Shown in pieces: positions 53,161 through 64,000 of a DNA stretch of 64,000 bases. Below the pieces are notes generated by a model. It was not told where the DNA came from. It searched no databases and saw nothing but the letters and a program-made list of their open reading frames with translations. The stretch covers positions 192,001 through 256,000 of the forward strand of contig CAWDYC010000003.1 in NCBI GenBank assembly GCA_963806535.1, given 5' to 3'. The position numbers and the translations under genes were made by a program. Position 1 is the stretch's first letter; each line of letters begins with the position of its first letter. The stretch comes from Candidatus Bathyarchaeota archaeon (GTDB lineage Archaea > Thermoproteota > Bathyarchaeia > Bathyarchaeales > Bathycorpusculaceae).

Positions 53161-53261
53161 AATTCAAAAATCTTGTCAACGTCTGTTCTAACCATATTTA
53201 GGCTATTTCTACGCTATACAGATTTAAGACTTATGAACAAGTCTAATTAGCTCTTCTTCTA

Positions 53262-54113
53262 CTACGACTTGACAGGACAGAGAGTTGCCTCTTTGTATGC
53301 TAAAAACCAATTTGTAAGAAAATTACTCCATTCGTCTTTAGCCTTTGCAGATTCTCTTAACATATCAGAAAAGTAAAATGATTTCTTAATTCTAACGGCT
53401 ATTTTGCTTGATTTAAACAGCAGTTCTATTGGGCTTCCTATAAGCAACACTCTTTGGACCTCATATGATGTTGCGAGATCAATAAGAAGGGCTTTAACAA
53501 AATCTTCAAGGTCTTTTTTATCGAGCTTATTCATTTTGGCTTCGATTTTTATAACTCTATCTTGAATCTCGGCTTTTTTAGTCATTATATGTGATATGCG
53601 TCTTTCCAAATCGAGTATGTCTTTAGTACTTTTCCATAGATTAAGTATGTTTTCTGTTGTTGGCTCAACAATTAGTTTTTCTTTCATGTTCCTTATTTCA
53701 AGATTCTTTTCAATCTCTTTTAGTAATAAAGAGTTCATTTCAATGCCAATTTTATTTAGATCCATAAACGTTTCCAAAAACATTTTCCGATTTGCATTTT
53801 GCGCTTTTGCTAATGTTTTTTCGAGTTTAATATTTGAATCAGCGAAGATTTCGCTATATTTTTTGTAAATGTTGCCTATTTTTTTCCGATTCATGATTAC
53901 AGTTAATGTGACAGGACCTTGCATTAGGAGACCTGCAAGTGCTTCTCCCTTATTTATTTTCCAAAGTCTCCCTAAAAGCGTCCTAGAATTTTGTTTTGGA
54001 AAGTCTATCTTTAGATAAGCTTTTAAAAAAAACATAGGATTTACAGTTTTTAGTTTCAACTCTATTTCATAATACGCCGTAATATTGCTTAGTGAGCTCT
54101 GATAACTTTCCAT
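53262..54113 (-). CDS. Hypothetical helical/coiled-coil protein
   Basis: 283-aa Lys/Glu/Leu-rich ORF in an AT-rich stretch. Confidence 0.65.
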   Translation of the reverse strand: MESYQSSLSNITAYYEIELKLKTVNPMFFLKAYLKIDFPKQNSRTLLGRLWKINKGEALAGLLMQGPVTLTVIMNRKKIGNIYKKYSEIFADSNIKLEKTLAKAQNANRKMFLETFMDLNKIGIEMNSLLLKEIEKNLEIRNMKEKLIVEPTTENILNLWKSTKDILDLERRISHIMTKKAEIQDRVIKIEAKMNKLDKKDLEDFVKALLIDLATSYEVQRVLLIGSPIELLFKSSKIAVRIKKSFYFSDMLRESAKAKDEWSNFLTNWFLAYKEATLCPVKS

Positions 54114-54155
54114 AATTTCTCAATAAGCAGTATAAGGGTTCAGCTTTTAGTTATT

Positions 54156-54581
54156 GTGTTAACGCTCAAGATGCTGTGTGGAACGGTTATTCGCAAATCT
54201 ATTATACTAAACACCAGATACTCGTTACTAAATGAGTGCTTGATTGGGATGCTCAAACCTGATTGGAAATATATCGAAACTGTTCAAAAGAAAATTAGGG
54301 TTATTAAAGTAAATATGAGAGAACGTGAGGTTGATGCAACCGATTTAGAAAACGGAATGATTTTTTGTCTCGATGCAAGCGAAAAAATCGATTTGGAAAA
54401 AATCAAAAAAGCAAAGATTTACCAAGTAACAGTTAAGGTGTTTAAAGCTGAGTTTACCTCTGAATTTGAAAGGCAATGGATTGAAACAGCTAAGGGCGAT
54501 ACAGAACTTCTTAAAGGATTAGAAATCATGAAGAGTACTGGGTCTAACCCAACCAAATACGAGCTAATTTCTTTTAGGTAG
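54156..54581 (+). CDS. Hypothetical protein (true start probably near 54250)
   Basis: ORF track; no family recognised. Confidence 0.55.
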   Translation: MLTLKMLCGTVIRKSIILNTRYSLLNECLIGMLKPDWKYIETVQKKIRVIKVNMREREVDATDLENGMIFCLDASEKIDLEKIKKAKIYQVTVKVFKAEFTSEFERQWIETAKGDTELLKGLEIMKSTGSNPTKYELISFR

Positions 54582-54891
54582 CAAGTAACTATCTGCACGA
54601 AAGCAGAATCAGTATCCTATTCTTGCAGCTTAGTTACTCTTTGTAGCTGCCTGTCATATAATAGAAGGAAGAAATCGAGAGGACCCCCTCTTTTCGTATG
54701 ATTGTGATTTGTTAAAAGAAACTTTGGGTTCTTTCCAAGGTAAAGCTCTCAATGCTTTTCACGGTTTTTATTTTGATAAGCGCGTTCGAAACAGCATTTC
54801 TTCTTTAGAATCTTTTGAACTCATTTGAAAAACCTCTTTTTCTTCAACAAGATATCATTCTTTAAGACCAAATATGAAGTAAGTGGGTAGG

Positions 54892-55926
54892 TTATCCGAA
54901 CCATTTTTCCAAAGTCATTTTAGATTTCTGTTTCTTAGAACCTTCCATCATTCTGTCTAAAGATTTTCTTACTCTATCTTCAGAAAACTCTTTCTGTCGA
55001 AACATGAAGTCAATTACGCCCTCAACATTTGGCTCTCTCCACTCCAGCTTGTAGTTATCTGTAACTTCAGGATGCAAAAAGACCGCTCTGATACAGTTTG
55101 GCTCAACTGGAAAAGAAGCATTTTTAATGTTAGGAACTGCCGAATCTAATGATCCATATTGTTTGATTAGTTTAAGAGCGGTTTTTGGCCCGAGACCTTT
55201 TATGCCGTTTGGATTGAAGTCTGTGCCGATTAATATGGCGACATCGACTAATTGCTCGTAAGTTAAACCGGTTTCGGTTAATGCTTTGGATAACTCAATG
55301 ACTTCTGGCACGACATCTACATAGATTCCTTTGCTTGGAAGTTTTCGCCTGCCGGAAATAGTTACGTTTCTTAGAAGTTTAGGTGCTCCAAAAAGCAAGC
55401 TGTCATAGTCTTGGCTTGCACAGTAATCTGCATGGCCACATTTGGTCATGTAGGCTGCTTGAGCTTCTCCTTCGCTTGGCGCTTGAATCCAAGGCAAACC
55501 CATAAGATCCAAAAGTTTGTGGCTGTCTTCTTGCATGTAATCTTTCATGCTTGTTGTAGCTTGAGCGAACGTACGCATCTTTGCTGTGTCGCCTTTCGCC
55601 ACAGCCTTTTCATAGTGTACAGCTGCTTCCACTTTGACTTGTCTGCGCCGCTCAATCTCAGCCGCTTTCAAAGTTGGCGGAATCCCGTCAAAAACATAAA
55701 TTGGTTTTATTCCCATTTCGACAAGGTTGCTTGTGCGGTAGAATAAGCCACTTAGGTGACTTGTGATGTGTCCGGTGCTGTCTTTTAGCGGGGTACCGTC
55801 AGGTTGCCGGATAATCGAGAGAAATTGGTAGATCGCGTTGTAAGCGTCTATGGCAATGATTTTGCCGCTTAAATCCTCAAGTTTAACCGGAGTTTTCGGA
55901 ACCAGATCTTTGAAGTCTACGCCCAA
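54892..55926 (-). CDS. fen: Flap endonuclease 1
   Basis: AIDAYNAIYQFL, SHLSGLFYR, APSEGEAQAA, SQDYDSLLFG, GTDFNP, PIP-like TLEKWF tail. Confidence 0.97.
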   Translation of the reverse strand: MGVDFKDLVPKTPVKLEDLSGKIIAIDAYNAIYQFLSIIRQPDGTPLKDSTGHITSHLSGLFYRTSNLVEMGIKPIYVFDGIPPTLKAAEIERRRQVKVEAAVHYEKAVAKGDTAKMRTFAQATTSMKDYMQEDSHKLLDLMGLPWIQAPSEGEAQAAYMTKCGHADYCASQDYDSLLFGAPKLLRNVTISGRRKLPSKGIYVDVVPEVIELSKALTETGLTYEQLVDVAILIGTDFNPNGIKGLGPKTALKLIKQYGSLDSAVPNIKNASFPVEPNCIRAVFLHPEVTDNYKLEWREPNVEGVIDFMFRQKEFSEDRVRKSLDRMMEGSKKQKSKMTLEKWFG

Positions 55927-56067
55927 AATTTACCACGAATAAAATAGGCAAGAAACCTTCTTAATAAACTTGCGAAAAATGTCTTAAAACTTACAGCTTA
56001 TCAGGAAGTTATAAGCACAGCAGATATAAGGAACCCTTACAATTTAAAACCGCAAGAGATGTAGATT

Positions 56068-56247
56068 ATGACAGAAAAACTGTCCTTAGTTACCTGTACA
56101 AGCTGCGGCAAACCAATTCCGCCTGCCAGCGAATCCACAAAATTCCTCTGCCCCAACTGCGGAGAAATCCAGATTAAGAGAGACGGAAAATGTCGCAAAT
56201 TCGGACGCTTATACAAGTGCCCAAAATGCGGATTCACAGGACCATAA
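56068..56247 (+). CDS. Zinc-ribbon protein, DUF1610/HVO_2753 family (not in the ORF track)
   Basis: CTSCG...FLCPNCGE...CRKFGRLYKCPKCGFTGP; usual position upstream of EF-1beta. Confidence 0.9.
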   Translation: MTEKLSLVTCTSCGKPIPPASESTKFLCPNCGEIQIKRDGKCRKFGRLYKCPKCGFTGP

Positions 56248-56258
56248 GGCGAAAGAAC

Positions 56259-56537
56259 ATGGGAAGCGTTATTGTAACATACAAGGTTTTCCCAGAAGAC
56301 ATAATGAAAAGTTTTGACGGACTTAAACAAGAAATCAATAATATTAAGCCAGAGTTTGCTTCAATTGAGGGATACGGCGAAGAACCAGTTGCTTTTGGAT
56401 TGGTAGCGCTTCTTGTTCAACTTAAATTCCCAGAAGATAAAGGCGGAATTGTTGATGAATTTGAAGAAAAACTCGGTAAAATCCCAGGCGTCAGCCAAGC
56501 ACAATGCATACAGGTACGCCGAAGCAGTAGAGATTAA
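56259..56537 (+). CDS. ef1b: Elongation factor 1-beta
   Basis: KVFPED, EEPVAFGLVAL. Confidence 0.92.
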   Translation: MGSVIVTYKVFPEDIMKSFDGLKQEINNIKPEFASIEGYGEEPVAFGLVALLVQLKFPEDKGGIVDEFEEKLGKIPGVSQAQCIQVRRSSRD

Positions 56538-56688
56538 TCAAATTTTCTTGTTTTTTAGACAATGAATCCATCAATCTTCTCGTTAACAAGCACCTGAAAG
56601 TATTGATTATAAAGCTCTAAAGTTTATATAGGAATGAAGGTTTTCTTTTCAAACATAACTTTGGTACCAGATTATTGGAAGATTCTGT

Positions 56689-58896
56689 ATGAGTGAAGTT
56701 CAATTACGCGTTGGAGACGCAAGGCAAAGAGATGTGGGTAGAGGAATCGCCCGGATAGATCAGCGAACAATGCAGAAATTAGGCATAAGCGCTGGAGACG
56801 TCATAGAAATAATTAATAAGCGTACAACTTCCGCAATTGCCTGGCCAGCTTACAGTGAAGACCAAAACCGCGACATCATACGCATTGACGGTTATACGCG
56901 AAAAAACACTGGTGTAGCCATAAACGAGTATGTTGTTGTACGTCCTGCAAAAGTCAAGACAGCTTTAAGCATAACTCTTGCACCAGTAGACATGCGTCTT
57001 AACGTAGACGAAGATTTTACTAATTTTGTTAAAAATCGCCTTATGGAACGGACTCTCGTGGAAGGCGACACAACACTAGTAATGATGCTAGGACACGCCA
57101 TACCATTCACAGTTTCAAAAACCCGACCACACGGAATAATTAAAGTAACAGCTGAAACACGCTTAACCATACTAAATGAACCAGCACCCGAAGGAAAAGG
57201 CTTGCCAAGAACCACATACGAAGACATCGGCGGCTTACATGAAGAAATCCAACGCGTCAGAGAAATGGTTGAACTGCCACTGCGGCACCCTGAGCTTTTC
57301 CAACGCTTAGGAATCGAACCGCCAAAAGGTGTGTTGCTTCATGGTCCACCAGGCTGCGGCAAAACACTACTAGCACGAGCGGTCGCTAACGAGTCAGAAG
57401 CCAACTTCTACTCCATTAACGGTCCAGAAATCATGAGCAAATTCTACGGTGAATCAGAAGCACGTTTACGGGAAATTTTCCAGCAAGCCCAACAAAATGC
57501 ACCAAGCATAATCTTCGTTGACGAATTAGATGCTATCGCACCTAAACGAGAAGAAGTTACAGGCGAAGTTGAAAGACGAGTTGTTGCACAACTCCTTGCG
57601 TTAATGGATGGATTAGGCGGAAGAGGAAACGTCATAGTTATTGGCGCAACTAACCGTCCAAGTGCATTAGACCCTGCATTGCGTAGACCTGGAAGATTTG
57701 ACAGAGAAATAGAAATTGGAGTGCCTGACAAGAAAGGACGCTACGAAGTTCTCCAGATCCACACACGAGGTATGCCTCTCCACGGTATTGAGAAAGCTCC
57801 ATCAGCAGAAAAATCTACAGAGGATGTTGATCTCAAGAAACTCGCCGACATGACTCATGGCTACACAGGTGCAGACTTATCAGCTCTCGGCAGAGAAACT
57901 GCCATGAAAGCCCTTCGCAGATACTTGCCACAAATTAACCTTGAAGAAGAACGCATTCCACCTGCAGTGCTGGAGAAGATGGAGGTTTTAATGAGCGATT
58001 TCCTCGGTGCCTACAAAGAAGTGACACCCACAGCCATGCGTGAAGTCTACATCGAAGTTTCCACTGTCCACTGGGATGACGTAGGCGGACTTAACGAAGT
58101 AAAAGAACACCTCAAAGAATCAGTAGAGTGGCCAATCAAGAATCCGGAAATGTTTACACGACTTGGAATTAGACCACCAAAGGGCATATTGCTATATGGT
58201 CCACCAGGCTGCGGCAAAACCCTACTAGCACGAGGGGTGGCAACGGAAAGCGAAGCTAACTTCATATCCATAAAAGGTCCTGAAGTGTTCTCTAAATGGG
58301 TTGGAGAATCAGAAAAAGCAATACGTGAAGTATTCCGAAAAGCCAGAATGGCAGCTCCTGCAGTAATATTCCTAGACGAAATAGATTCACTCACACCCCG
58401 ACGTGGAATGGGTATGTCTGACAGCGGCGTCTCAGAACGAGTCATAAGTCAACTGCTAACAGAAATGGACGGCATAACTACATTACAAGATATCGTGGTG
58501 ATCGCTGCAACAAACCGCCCTGACATGGTGGATTCTGCTGTGCTACGCCCCGGAAGATTTGACAGATTAATTTATGTGCCTGAACCAGACGAAAAAAGCC
58601 GCTTGCAAATACTAAAAATCTACACAAAAGGCATGCCAATCTGCAAAGACGTTGACTTAAACCAAATTACAACCATGACCAAATACTATTCAGGTGCTGA
58701 CATTGAATCTTTGTGCAGAGAAGCAGCAATGCATGCTTTAAGAAGAGACGTTAACTCTGGCGAAGTTGTCATGAAAGACTTCTCAGATGCCTTAAAAGAG
58801 ATGGGTCCATCAATCTCGCCTGACATGGAAAAGTGGTACAAGAGTTTCATGCAGCAAGTGCGACAAGTACAAAAGCCAGCAACCCCAGTTGCTTAA
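56689..58896 (+). CDS. cdc48: CDC48/VCP-like AAA ATPase
   Basis: N domain plus two AAA modules with GPPGCGKT and RPGRFDR. Confidence 0.97.
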   Translation: MSEVQLRVGDARQRDVGRGIARIDQRTMQKLGISAGDVIEIINKRTTSAIAWPAYSEDQNRDIIRIDGYTRKNTGVAINEYVVVRPAKVKTALSITLAPVDMRLNVDEDFTNFVKNRLMERTLVEGDTTLVMMLGHAIPFTVSKTRPHGIIKVTAETRLTILNEPAPEGKGLPRTTYEDIGGLHEEIQRVREMVELPLRHPELFQRLGIEPPKGVLLHGPPGCGKTLLARAVANESEANFYSINGPEIMSKFYGESEARLREIFQQAQQNAPSIIFVDELDAIAPKREEVTGEVERRVVAQLLALMDGLGGRGNVIVIGATNRPSALDPALRRPGRFDREIEIGVPDKKGRYEVLQIHTRGMPLHGIEKAPSAEKSTEDVDLKKLADMTHGYTGADLSALGRETAMKALRRYLPQINLEEERIPPAVLEKMEVLMSDFLGAYKEVTPTAMREVYIEVSTVHWDDVGGLNEVKEHLKESVEWPIKNPEMFTRLGIRPPKGILLYGPPGCGKTLLARGVATESEANFISIKGPEVFSKWVGESEKAIREVFRKARMAAPAVIFLDEIDSLTPRRGMGMSDSGVSERVISQLLTEMDGITTLQDIVVIAATNRPDMVDSAVLRPGRFDRLIYVPEPDEKSRLQILKIYTKGMPICKDVDLNQITTMTKYYSGADIESLCREAAMHALRRDVNSGEVVMKDFSDALKEMGPSISPDMEKWYKSFMQQVRQVQKPATPVA

Positions 58897-58909
58897 AGAA
58901 GGAACGCTT

Positions 58910-59140
58910 ATGCCGCAAATGAAAGTTTGGAAAACTCGGCCAGCTTACTTTTTTGCATTGGAAATTCTGCAGAAAAAAGGCGACTTGACAGACGATGAGC
59001 TACTTACTCAAATAAAAGGCGAGTACGAAGACTTAGGCTATAAAGACTTCAACGACTTACTGTTGAAACTGGAAGTAAGCGGTAAAATCCGAACTTCTTC
59101 AATGGCGCGTGGAAAACGTCGTATTGAATTAGTCCAGTAA
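58910..59140 (+). CDS. Small winged-helix-like protein
   Basis: LLKLEVSGKIR...GKRRIELV; directly after cdc48. Confidence 0.7.
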   Translation: MPQMKVWKTRPAYFFALEILQKKGDLTDDELLTQIKGEYEDLGYKDFNDLLLKLEVSGKIRTSSMARGKRRIELVQ

Positions 59141-59147
59141 CTTAACG

Positions 59148-60397
59148 ATGATTACGCAAACAAGGCAACCGGACAGAATCTACTTCGGACGTTGTAGTTA
59201 TTGGAGGCGGACCTGTCGGTTCTTTTGCAGCCTTAAATCTAGCTAAACTAGGCGTTAAAACAACAGTTTTTGAAGAACATCCTGAAATCGGGTTACCGTC
59301 CCATTGCGCTGGACACTGAGCATTCGGAGCCTACAGAGTATCGGTTTGTATCCGCTTCCAAAGGGCATTGTTGAAAACACTTTTGACACTGCAAACTTTT
59401 ATTCGCCGACGGGTACAAAATTTTCCCTTCATCTTTCGAAACCTGTGACGGCAGTTTTGAATAGGCTCTCTTTGACCAGCATCTGGCTGAGCAAGCAAAA
59501 GCTGCTGGAGCGAAATTCGTCTTAAATTCGCGTGTCCAATCACTGATTAAAGCTGATGGCTTCGTAAAAGGAATAAATATCCAACAAAACGATCAGAGAG
59601 AAGAACAAGTTTACTCCAAAATCACGTTGGATTCTGAAGGCATCTCCTCGAGACTTTTGAGGCAAGCGGGCTTAACCGCCCTTAAGCCAAAAGGACTTGT
59701 TTACGCGGTTGAAGCTGAAGTAGAAAGTGTAAAAGACATTGAAGTTAACTCCGTCGAAGTCTATTTTGGAAAATCATATGCACCTGGTTTTTATGGATGG
59801 CTAATCCCCAGACTTGATGGAACAGCAAAGGTAGGCTTGGCAACAAACCAAGGAAACCCCCATGAATTTCTCCGCGCACTCATGCTTAAGCATCCTGTTG
59901 CATCAAAACAACTTGGCAAATCCAAAATAACCAAGATTGGATATCACGCCATAACACTAGGAGGCCCAATCAGCAAGGCTTACGACAATGGATTTCTTGC
60001 CTGCGGCGACTGCGCGTCTCAGGTTAAGCCAACCACCGGTGGCGGAGTAATATTTGGATTAACATGCGCCAAAATAGCAGCGCAAACAGCGTCTGAAGCT
60101 TTGCAGCACGGTGATGTTTCCTCTGATTTTCTGCAAGCTTACCAAAAAAGATGCGCGGACTTGCTGCGTTTCGATTTCAGTGTAATGCTTAGGCTAAGGA
60201 GGTTTCTTGATTCTCTGTCTGACGAAAAAGTGGATGAAATGCTGCGGGTGTGCGCAAAACTGGGCGTTGATAAGGCATTGATTGATGTGGATGAAATCGA
60301 TTTTCAAGGAAAAATGATGCTTACCGTTTTAGGCAAACCCGCGATGCTGGCAGCGTTGGCTTACTTTGCGATGCTTTACCTCTCTGCAAATCCTTAA
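59148..60397 (+). CDS. Geranylgeranyl reductase family FAD oxidoreductase; several frameshifts in the 5' part
   Basis: DVVVIGGGPVG, FEEHPEIGLPSHCAG, APGFYGWLIP, GDCASQVKPTTGGGV. Confidence 0.85.
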
Positions 60398-60435
60398 AAT
60401 GTTCGAATGCCAATTTAGAGGCGGGATAAAAGAGA

Positions 60436-60798
60436 ATGGGCGAATTTGAATACAAACAAGTCCTAGTGTTCCGAACCGATTTGCAAATGAGTAAAGGCAA
60501 AATTGCTGCGCAAGCGGGGCACGCAGCGGTTTCAGCTGCTCAAGCCGCCTTTAATCAACATAAGAAGTGGTGGGAAGCATGGATGTATGAGGGTCAACGC
60601 AAGATTGCAGTGAAGGTTGCCGATGAGAAAGAACTTGGCGAGTTGGAAGAGGCGGCTGACCAATTAGGTTTGCCTCATGCATTGATTGTAGATAGAGGGT
60701 TAACTCAGGTTCCTGAAGGTACAGTAACATGTTTGGGGATTGGTCCTGCTCCAGCAGAAAAGATTGACCGTTTAACGGGCAAATTAAAATTGTTGTAG
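60436..60798 (+). CDS. pth2: Peptidyl-tRNA hydrolase Pth2
   Basis: RTDLQMSKGKIAAQAGHA, DRGLTQVPEGTVTCLGIGP. Confidence 0.97.
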   Translation: MGEFEYKQVLVFRTDLQMSKGKIAAQAGHAAVSAAQAAFNQHKKWWEAWMYEGQRKIAVKVADEKELGELEEAADQLGLPHALIVDRGLTQVPEGTVTCLGIGPAPAEKIDRLTGKLKLL

Positions 60799-60807
60799 GG
60801 CGATTGT

Positions 60808-62181
60808 GTGCCTGTTTCACCGCTTGACAAGCAGCTTGGCATCGAAGTTTACGCCACCAAAAGTTTAGGAGTTGGCGGTGCGATTCGTGAAGCGGTTGAT
60901 GATTTTGTTGTTGAAGAAATGCTTGTTGACGGTTCAAAGGCAAGCGTTAGTGGAGTGGTTCCAGGTAAAGTCTTAGGTTCTTCAATCCAGAGACAGAGGT
61001 TTCTTCTGTGTGTTTTGGTTAAGCGTAACTGGGACACTTTCATAGCAGTTAAGAACATTGCGAAACAGCTTGGAATAGATCAAAGGCGCATTCAGATTGC
61101 AGGCATAAAAGATGCCAAAGCTGTTACGGCACAACATTTGACAATTGAAGATAGCTTGGCAGGTGATGCTTCAAAAGTGAACGTAAAAGACATACAACTT
61201 TACCCCGTTGGCTATGTCCGTGAGGCACTCTCGCTATTTTACCTGCTAGGCAATTATTTCACAATAAATATAAAATCAATAATGCTTGAACAAGATGTTG
61301 TTGAAACAAGGATAATTCAGACCTACGAAGAACTTCAAGCTTTAGGCGGTATTCCGAACTTTTTTGGTCACCAACGCTTCGGCACCACCCGCCCAATAAC
61401 CCATTTAGTTGGCAAAGCCCTAGTTCGAGGCGATTTCAAAGAGGCGACAATGCTTTTTTTAGCTAAGCCAAGCATTCATGAGCACCCGTCATCAAGGCAA
61501 GCACGCCAACAGTTACAAGAATCGGGAGATTTCAGGCAGGCGCTTGACAATTTTCCAAAACAGCTTCGTTTTGAAAAGATAATGCTCTGTCACTTAGCTG
61601 ATTACCCCGAGGATTTTGTTGGTGCATTTCAACAGTTGCCGGTAAAGCTTCAGGAGCTTTTTGTGCAAGCGCATCAATCCTATCTTTTTAACCGTTTCTT
61701 AAGTGAGCGGATAAAGCGGGGTTACTTTTTGAATAAACCAGAGGTTGGAGATTTCGTCGTCGGTGTTGAACGTTCAGGTTTACCTGTTACTAAGATGGCA
61801 AAAATGGTAACTGCGGAAACGTTAGCTGAAATTAATGAGCGTGTGAAGTCCGGAAAAATGCGGATAGCCCTGCCTATTGTAGGGGAAAAACAGAAGCTTT
61901 CACAAGGCATTATGGGAGAAATAGAAAAACAGGTTCTTGAAGAAGAAGAAATCGACTTAGAAAGCGAACAAGTTAATGAATTATCAAAGGTAGGCGGCAG
62001 AGGTGGATTGAGAACAGCGATCACTTTAATTAGAGATTTTAAGGTCAAAAAAGTTTCAACAAATGAAGAAGGCAGAGACAGCCAAGCCGCGTTAAGTTTT
62101 ATGCTGCTTAGAGGTTCATATGCAACGGTGCTTTTACGAGAAATAATGAAGCCTTCCGATCCAATAGATTCTGGCTTCTAA
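60808..62181 (+). CDS. truD: tRNA pseudouridine(13) synthase TruD/Pus7
   Basis: DFVVEE, AGIKDAKAVTAQ, PNFFGHQRFG, QSYLFN, GSYATVLLRE. Confidence 0.96.
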   Translation: MPVSPLDKQLGIEVYATKSLGVGGAIREAVDDFVVEEMLVDGSKASVSGVVPGKVLGSSIQRQRFLLCVLVKRNWDTFIAVKNIAKQLGIDQRRIQIAGIKDAKAVTAQHLTIEDSLAGDASKVNVKDIQLYPVGYVREALSLFYLLGNYFTINIKSIMLEQDVVETRIIQTYEELQALGGIPNFFGHQRFGTTRPITHLVGKALVRGDFKEATMLFLAKPSIHEHPSSRQARQQLQESGDFRQALDNFPKQLRFEKIMLCHLADYPEDFVGAFQQLPVKLQELFVQAHQSYLFNRFLSERIKRGYFLNKPEVGDFVVGVERSGLPVTKMAKMVTAETLAEINERVKSGKMRIALPIVGEKQKLSQGIMGEIEKQVLEEEEIDLESEQVNELSKVGGRGGLRTAITLIRDFKVKKVSTNEEGRDSQAALSFMLLRGSYATVLLREIMKPSDPIDSGF

Positions 62182-62195
62182 ATCTCATCAAAGTC

Positions 62196-62681
62196 CTATT
62201 TCGCTGTTTCAGGCATATTTTTCTTAAGGTTTAAAGCAAATTCTTCTGCCTGCTTAAGGTCGTCCTCATTGGGTCTTCCTTTGTTTAGACCACCGCTAAT
62301 TTTCAAGAGCCCGTAAGTGTCAAATCCAGCAACGTTTAATTCGCTGACGATTTCAAAACCTTTAGCCACAAGGTTTTCCTTAAGCTGCTTATGAAATTTA
62401 ACCATGTTTCCAGTTCGACCGCTTGTAGAAAAGATGAACGCTTTCTTGTGGGTTACTTGAGGAATTTTATCTGCGAACTCAAGGACTGCTTTGTGAAGTT
62501 TTCCAAAGTAAACTCCTGAACCAAAACCTACAAGGTCATAATTTGTAACGCCATTAGGGTCAACTTCACTCGGACTTTTTATTTCTGCACCTATAGCTTT
62601 AGATATTACTTGGGCTACTTTTTCCGTGTTTTTGTGATGATATGAAAATAGAATAATTAGAGCGTTCATTTTTGAAACCAC
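62196..62681 (-). CDS. Flavodoxin family protein
   Basis: SYHHKNTEKVA, GFGSGVY, KGRPNEDD. Confidence 0.9.
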   Translation of the reverse strand: MVSKMNALIILFSYHHKNTEKVAQVISKAIGAEIKSPSEVDPNGVTNYDLVGFGSGVYFGKLHKAVLEFADKIPQVTHKKAFIFSTSGRTGNMVKFHKQLKENLVAKGFEIVSELNVAGFDTYGLLKISGGLNKGRPNEDDLKQAEEFALNLKKNMPETAK

Positions 62682-62781
62682 TTTATCTTAAGTTAAAAAG
62701 GACCTGTATTTAGGTTCTATGGTTGGTAACAAGGTTGATAAGCAAGTGATAAATTAATTTTCTAGCAGGAAGCCTTTTTTT

Positions 62782-63336
62782 ATGGAAAACGAACGGCAAT
62801 GCGTCATACCACTTCATAGACCAAGTTACAAGGAATTAGCCTTCTTTTTTATATCAGGGATTCTAATCAGCTTTCCTTTTGCATTTGTTTTTGAACAGTT
62901 GTCTTCTGTTGTTTCTTTGGCTTTAACAATCGTCGTTTTGGGACCGTTCATCGAGGAGTTAGCTAAGGTGTTCCCATTATTCTATAGGCATGGTGAAACT
63001 GAAAGGTCAATTGTTACTTTGGGCATTTTAATCGGGTTAGCTTTTGGTATAACAGAATTAGTTCTGTATGTTTTTCTTGCTGGTCAACCTCTAATTGTCA
63101 GAATTCCAGGTCTTATTTTTCACTCTTCATGGGCAGCTATAACTGCTTATGGAATTGCTAAGAAAAATCCATTACCATACTACTTGATAGCCGTGACGTT
63201 TCACATAACAATTAACTTTTTTGCGCTAGAAGCACTTCCGTTTGGTTTGGTCGTTGAAATAATAGTTTTAGTCACGTCTTATCTTTTAGCTTGGCGATTC
63301 TATCATCAGGCTTCAAAGGAAAAAATAGTCGTTTAA
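62782..63336 (+). CDS. PrsW-family intramembrane protease-like protein
   Basis: PFIEELAK, GLAFGITE, FH...H motifs. Confidence 0.8.
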   Translation: MENERQCVIPLHRPSYKELAFFFISGILISFPFAFVFEQLSSVVSLALTIVVLGPFIEELAKVFPLFYRHGETERSIVTLGILIGLAFGITELVLYVFLAGQPLIVRIPGLIFHSSWAAITAYGIAKKNPLPYYLIAVTFHITINFFALEALPFGLVVEIIVLVTSYLLAWRFYHQASKEKIVV

Positions 63337-63860
63337 CAGACTTTGTCTGTTTTAGCTAAATCTCTTAGCCTGTTAACGCCATCTATTTCCTGAATAAAGT
63401 CAGCGACGCTTTTTGGAACAAGCTTCATCCAACTTTCATCTTGAAGCATTTTTTCCCTAACGATAGTTGACATATACAATTGCCTGTCGAAGAAAGGAAT
63501 GTTTTTGACAGGGTAGCCTTTTTCCATGAAAAGTCTCTGTGTCAAGGGTTCGTTGGAAAAAACAATATTAAACTTTGGCGTGTAACCTTCAAGAGCACTA
63601 ACCCACAGCATATGCAAATGAACATCTGGAACAGGAACCACCCAAAGTTTCGAATAATCCACTTTAGCTTCTTGTAAGGCATTGCGAATCATGACTAGTC
63701 TCTCACCTGCTGTGAATGGATTATTTCCGTTATGGCTGTATTGGGCACTGCCGATAACTATGACAAGTTCATCAATTTCTTTTAGAACCGCCTTGATAGC
63801 GCCGAGGTGACCTAAATGAAAAGGTTGAAACCTGCCAACATAAAGACCTCTATTGACCAA
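63333..63860 (-). CDS. nadM: Nicotinamide-nucleotide adenylyltransferase
   Basis: GRFQPFHLGH, IGSAQYSH, NPFTAGER. Confidence 0.96.
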   Translation of the reverse strand: MVNRGLYVGRFQPFHLGHLGAIKAVLKEIDELVIVIGSAQYSHNGNNPFTAGERLVMIRNALQEAKVDYSKLWVVPVPDVHLHMLWVSALEGYTPKFNIVFSNEPLTQRLFMEKGYPVKNIPFFDRQLYMSTIVREKMLQDESWMKLVPKSVADFIQEIDGVNRLRDLAKTDKVC

Positions 63861-64000
63861 CGGTGTTTCCTCTCCTTTGACGTTAAGCTCGCATGCTTTT
63901 ATGATTTGCGTTAACCAAAAAATTTTGTTTAAGCAAAGTTTCCAAGTGTGAATTCAACTGGAAAAACCTGAAGTGTCCTTCCATTAAATTCCACTTCTTT

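Noticed and set aside
57340-58235. Near-identical GGTCCACCAGGCTGCGGCAAAAC repeats
   Set aside because: They are the two Walker A motifs of CDC48.

Overview
Archaeal chromosomal segment, probably Bathyarchaeia or another TACK lineage (inferred from gene content, not a database search). 1-16.4 kb is accessory: the right end of an element integrated at tRNA-Val with an SSV-type split integrase, then many secreted or membrane-anchored proteins (beta-helix, LamG, PQQ-like propellers, arylsulfotransferase) and a radical SAM/SPASM enzyme. The rest is mostly housekeeping (tfe, trm56, hflX, mbf1, nac, thrS, ilvE, aminotransferase, aor, proS, rtcA, trm5, glmS, fen, EF-1beta, cdc48, pth2, truD, nadM), with small accessory islands at about 28.8-35.3 kb and 51.3-54.9 kb. 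Many essential genes are split by small indels, most likely long-read assembly errors. Highlights: (1) an unannotated ~230-nt intergenic RNA (23913-24141) of two tandem domains that covary with each other, each with a predicted pseudoknot; (2) two displaced, diverged copies of the aminotransferase 3' end bracketing cargo, suggesting repeated integration into a protein-coding gene; (3) a second tRNA-Val att copy bracketing one surface-protein gene; (4) a tandem GTCAAG-N4-CTTGAC operator shared by surface-protein promoters; (5) a hidden arcadin-1-like gene.
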